From positions 25,978,001 through 26,042,000 of the forward strand of contig OZ320323.1 of assembly GCA_976226885.1 (NCBI GenBank): DNA of 64,000 nucleotides, read 5' to 3'. The notes under the pieces were generated by a model, which had not been told where the DNA came from, did no database searches, and saw only the letters and a list, made by a program, of their open reading frames with translations. The DNA comes from Iphione sp. A-MEVVRFRX5 (taxonomy: Eukaryota). The translations under genes were made by a program, and so were the position numbers. Of this stretch, positions 63,837 through 64,000 are shown piece after piece (positions within the stretch are counted from its first letter, which is position 1; the number at the start of each line of letters is the position of its first letter).

Positions 63837-63945
63837 TCGTATTGATTGGATTCACATCACTTGTTATTAACATTACCAGAATAAATCCGAATATTACATT
63901 GGAAATTTCTAGCTTTCAAGTACTAAACCAATTGGCTCAGATAAG
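63837..63945 (+). CDS. Calx-beta repeat protein, exon 12 (probable domain 6, N-half); gene continues beyond the window
   Basis: tttcag| acceptor; VLIGFTSLVINIT; |gtaagt donor; 109 bp, phase 1-2 as for the other N-half exons. Confidence 0.75.
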
Positions 63946-64000
63946 GTAAGTCTCTTGGCTCTTTCAGATGATAACTTTCATAAGTAAATTCTACTTGGAC

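Noticed and set aside
47825-63945. Assigning the symbol ADGRV1 or FREM/FRAS1
   Set aside because: Only generic Calx-beta similarity is visible; no diagnostic domains lie inside the window.

Overview
AT-rich animal genomic DNA, probably from a marine invertebrate; there are no prokaryotic operons, rRNA or CRISPR arrays. Bases 1-13.4 kb are a head-to-tail stack of four minus-strand CR1/L2-group LINEs. One of them (about 1885-9245) looks full-length and young, with an unusual three-cistron layout: ORF1 (coiled coil + RRM) carrying a C-terminal NADAR/YbiA-like domain, a separate SGNH/GDSL esterase ORF, and an intact 941-aa APE-RT ORF2. Its RNA carries nine exact and several degenerate copies of a covarying GAU-GUG-AUC hairpin, six clustered Pumilio-type UGUANAUA motifs before the poly(A), and a 16-nt element complementary to its own 5' end. 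Bases 14-47 kb are repeat-rich: a minisatellite, MITEs, a tRNA-derived SINE, a nested pogo/Tigger transposon with a dead transposase, and a 5'-truncated LINE. From 47.8 kb to the window edge lie the first 12 coding exons of a plus-strand secreted or membrane protein (signal peptide plus tandem Calx-beta domains), each domain built from a two-exon module. Domain calls come from motif recognition by eye; no searches were run.
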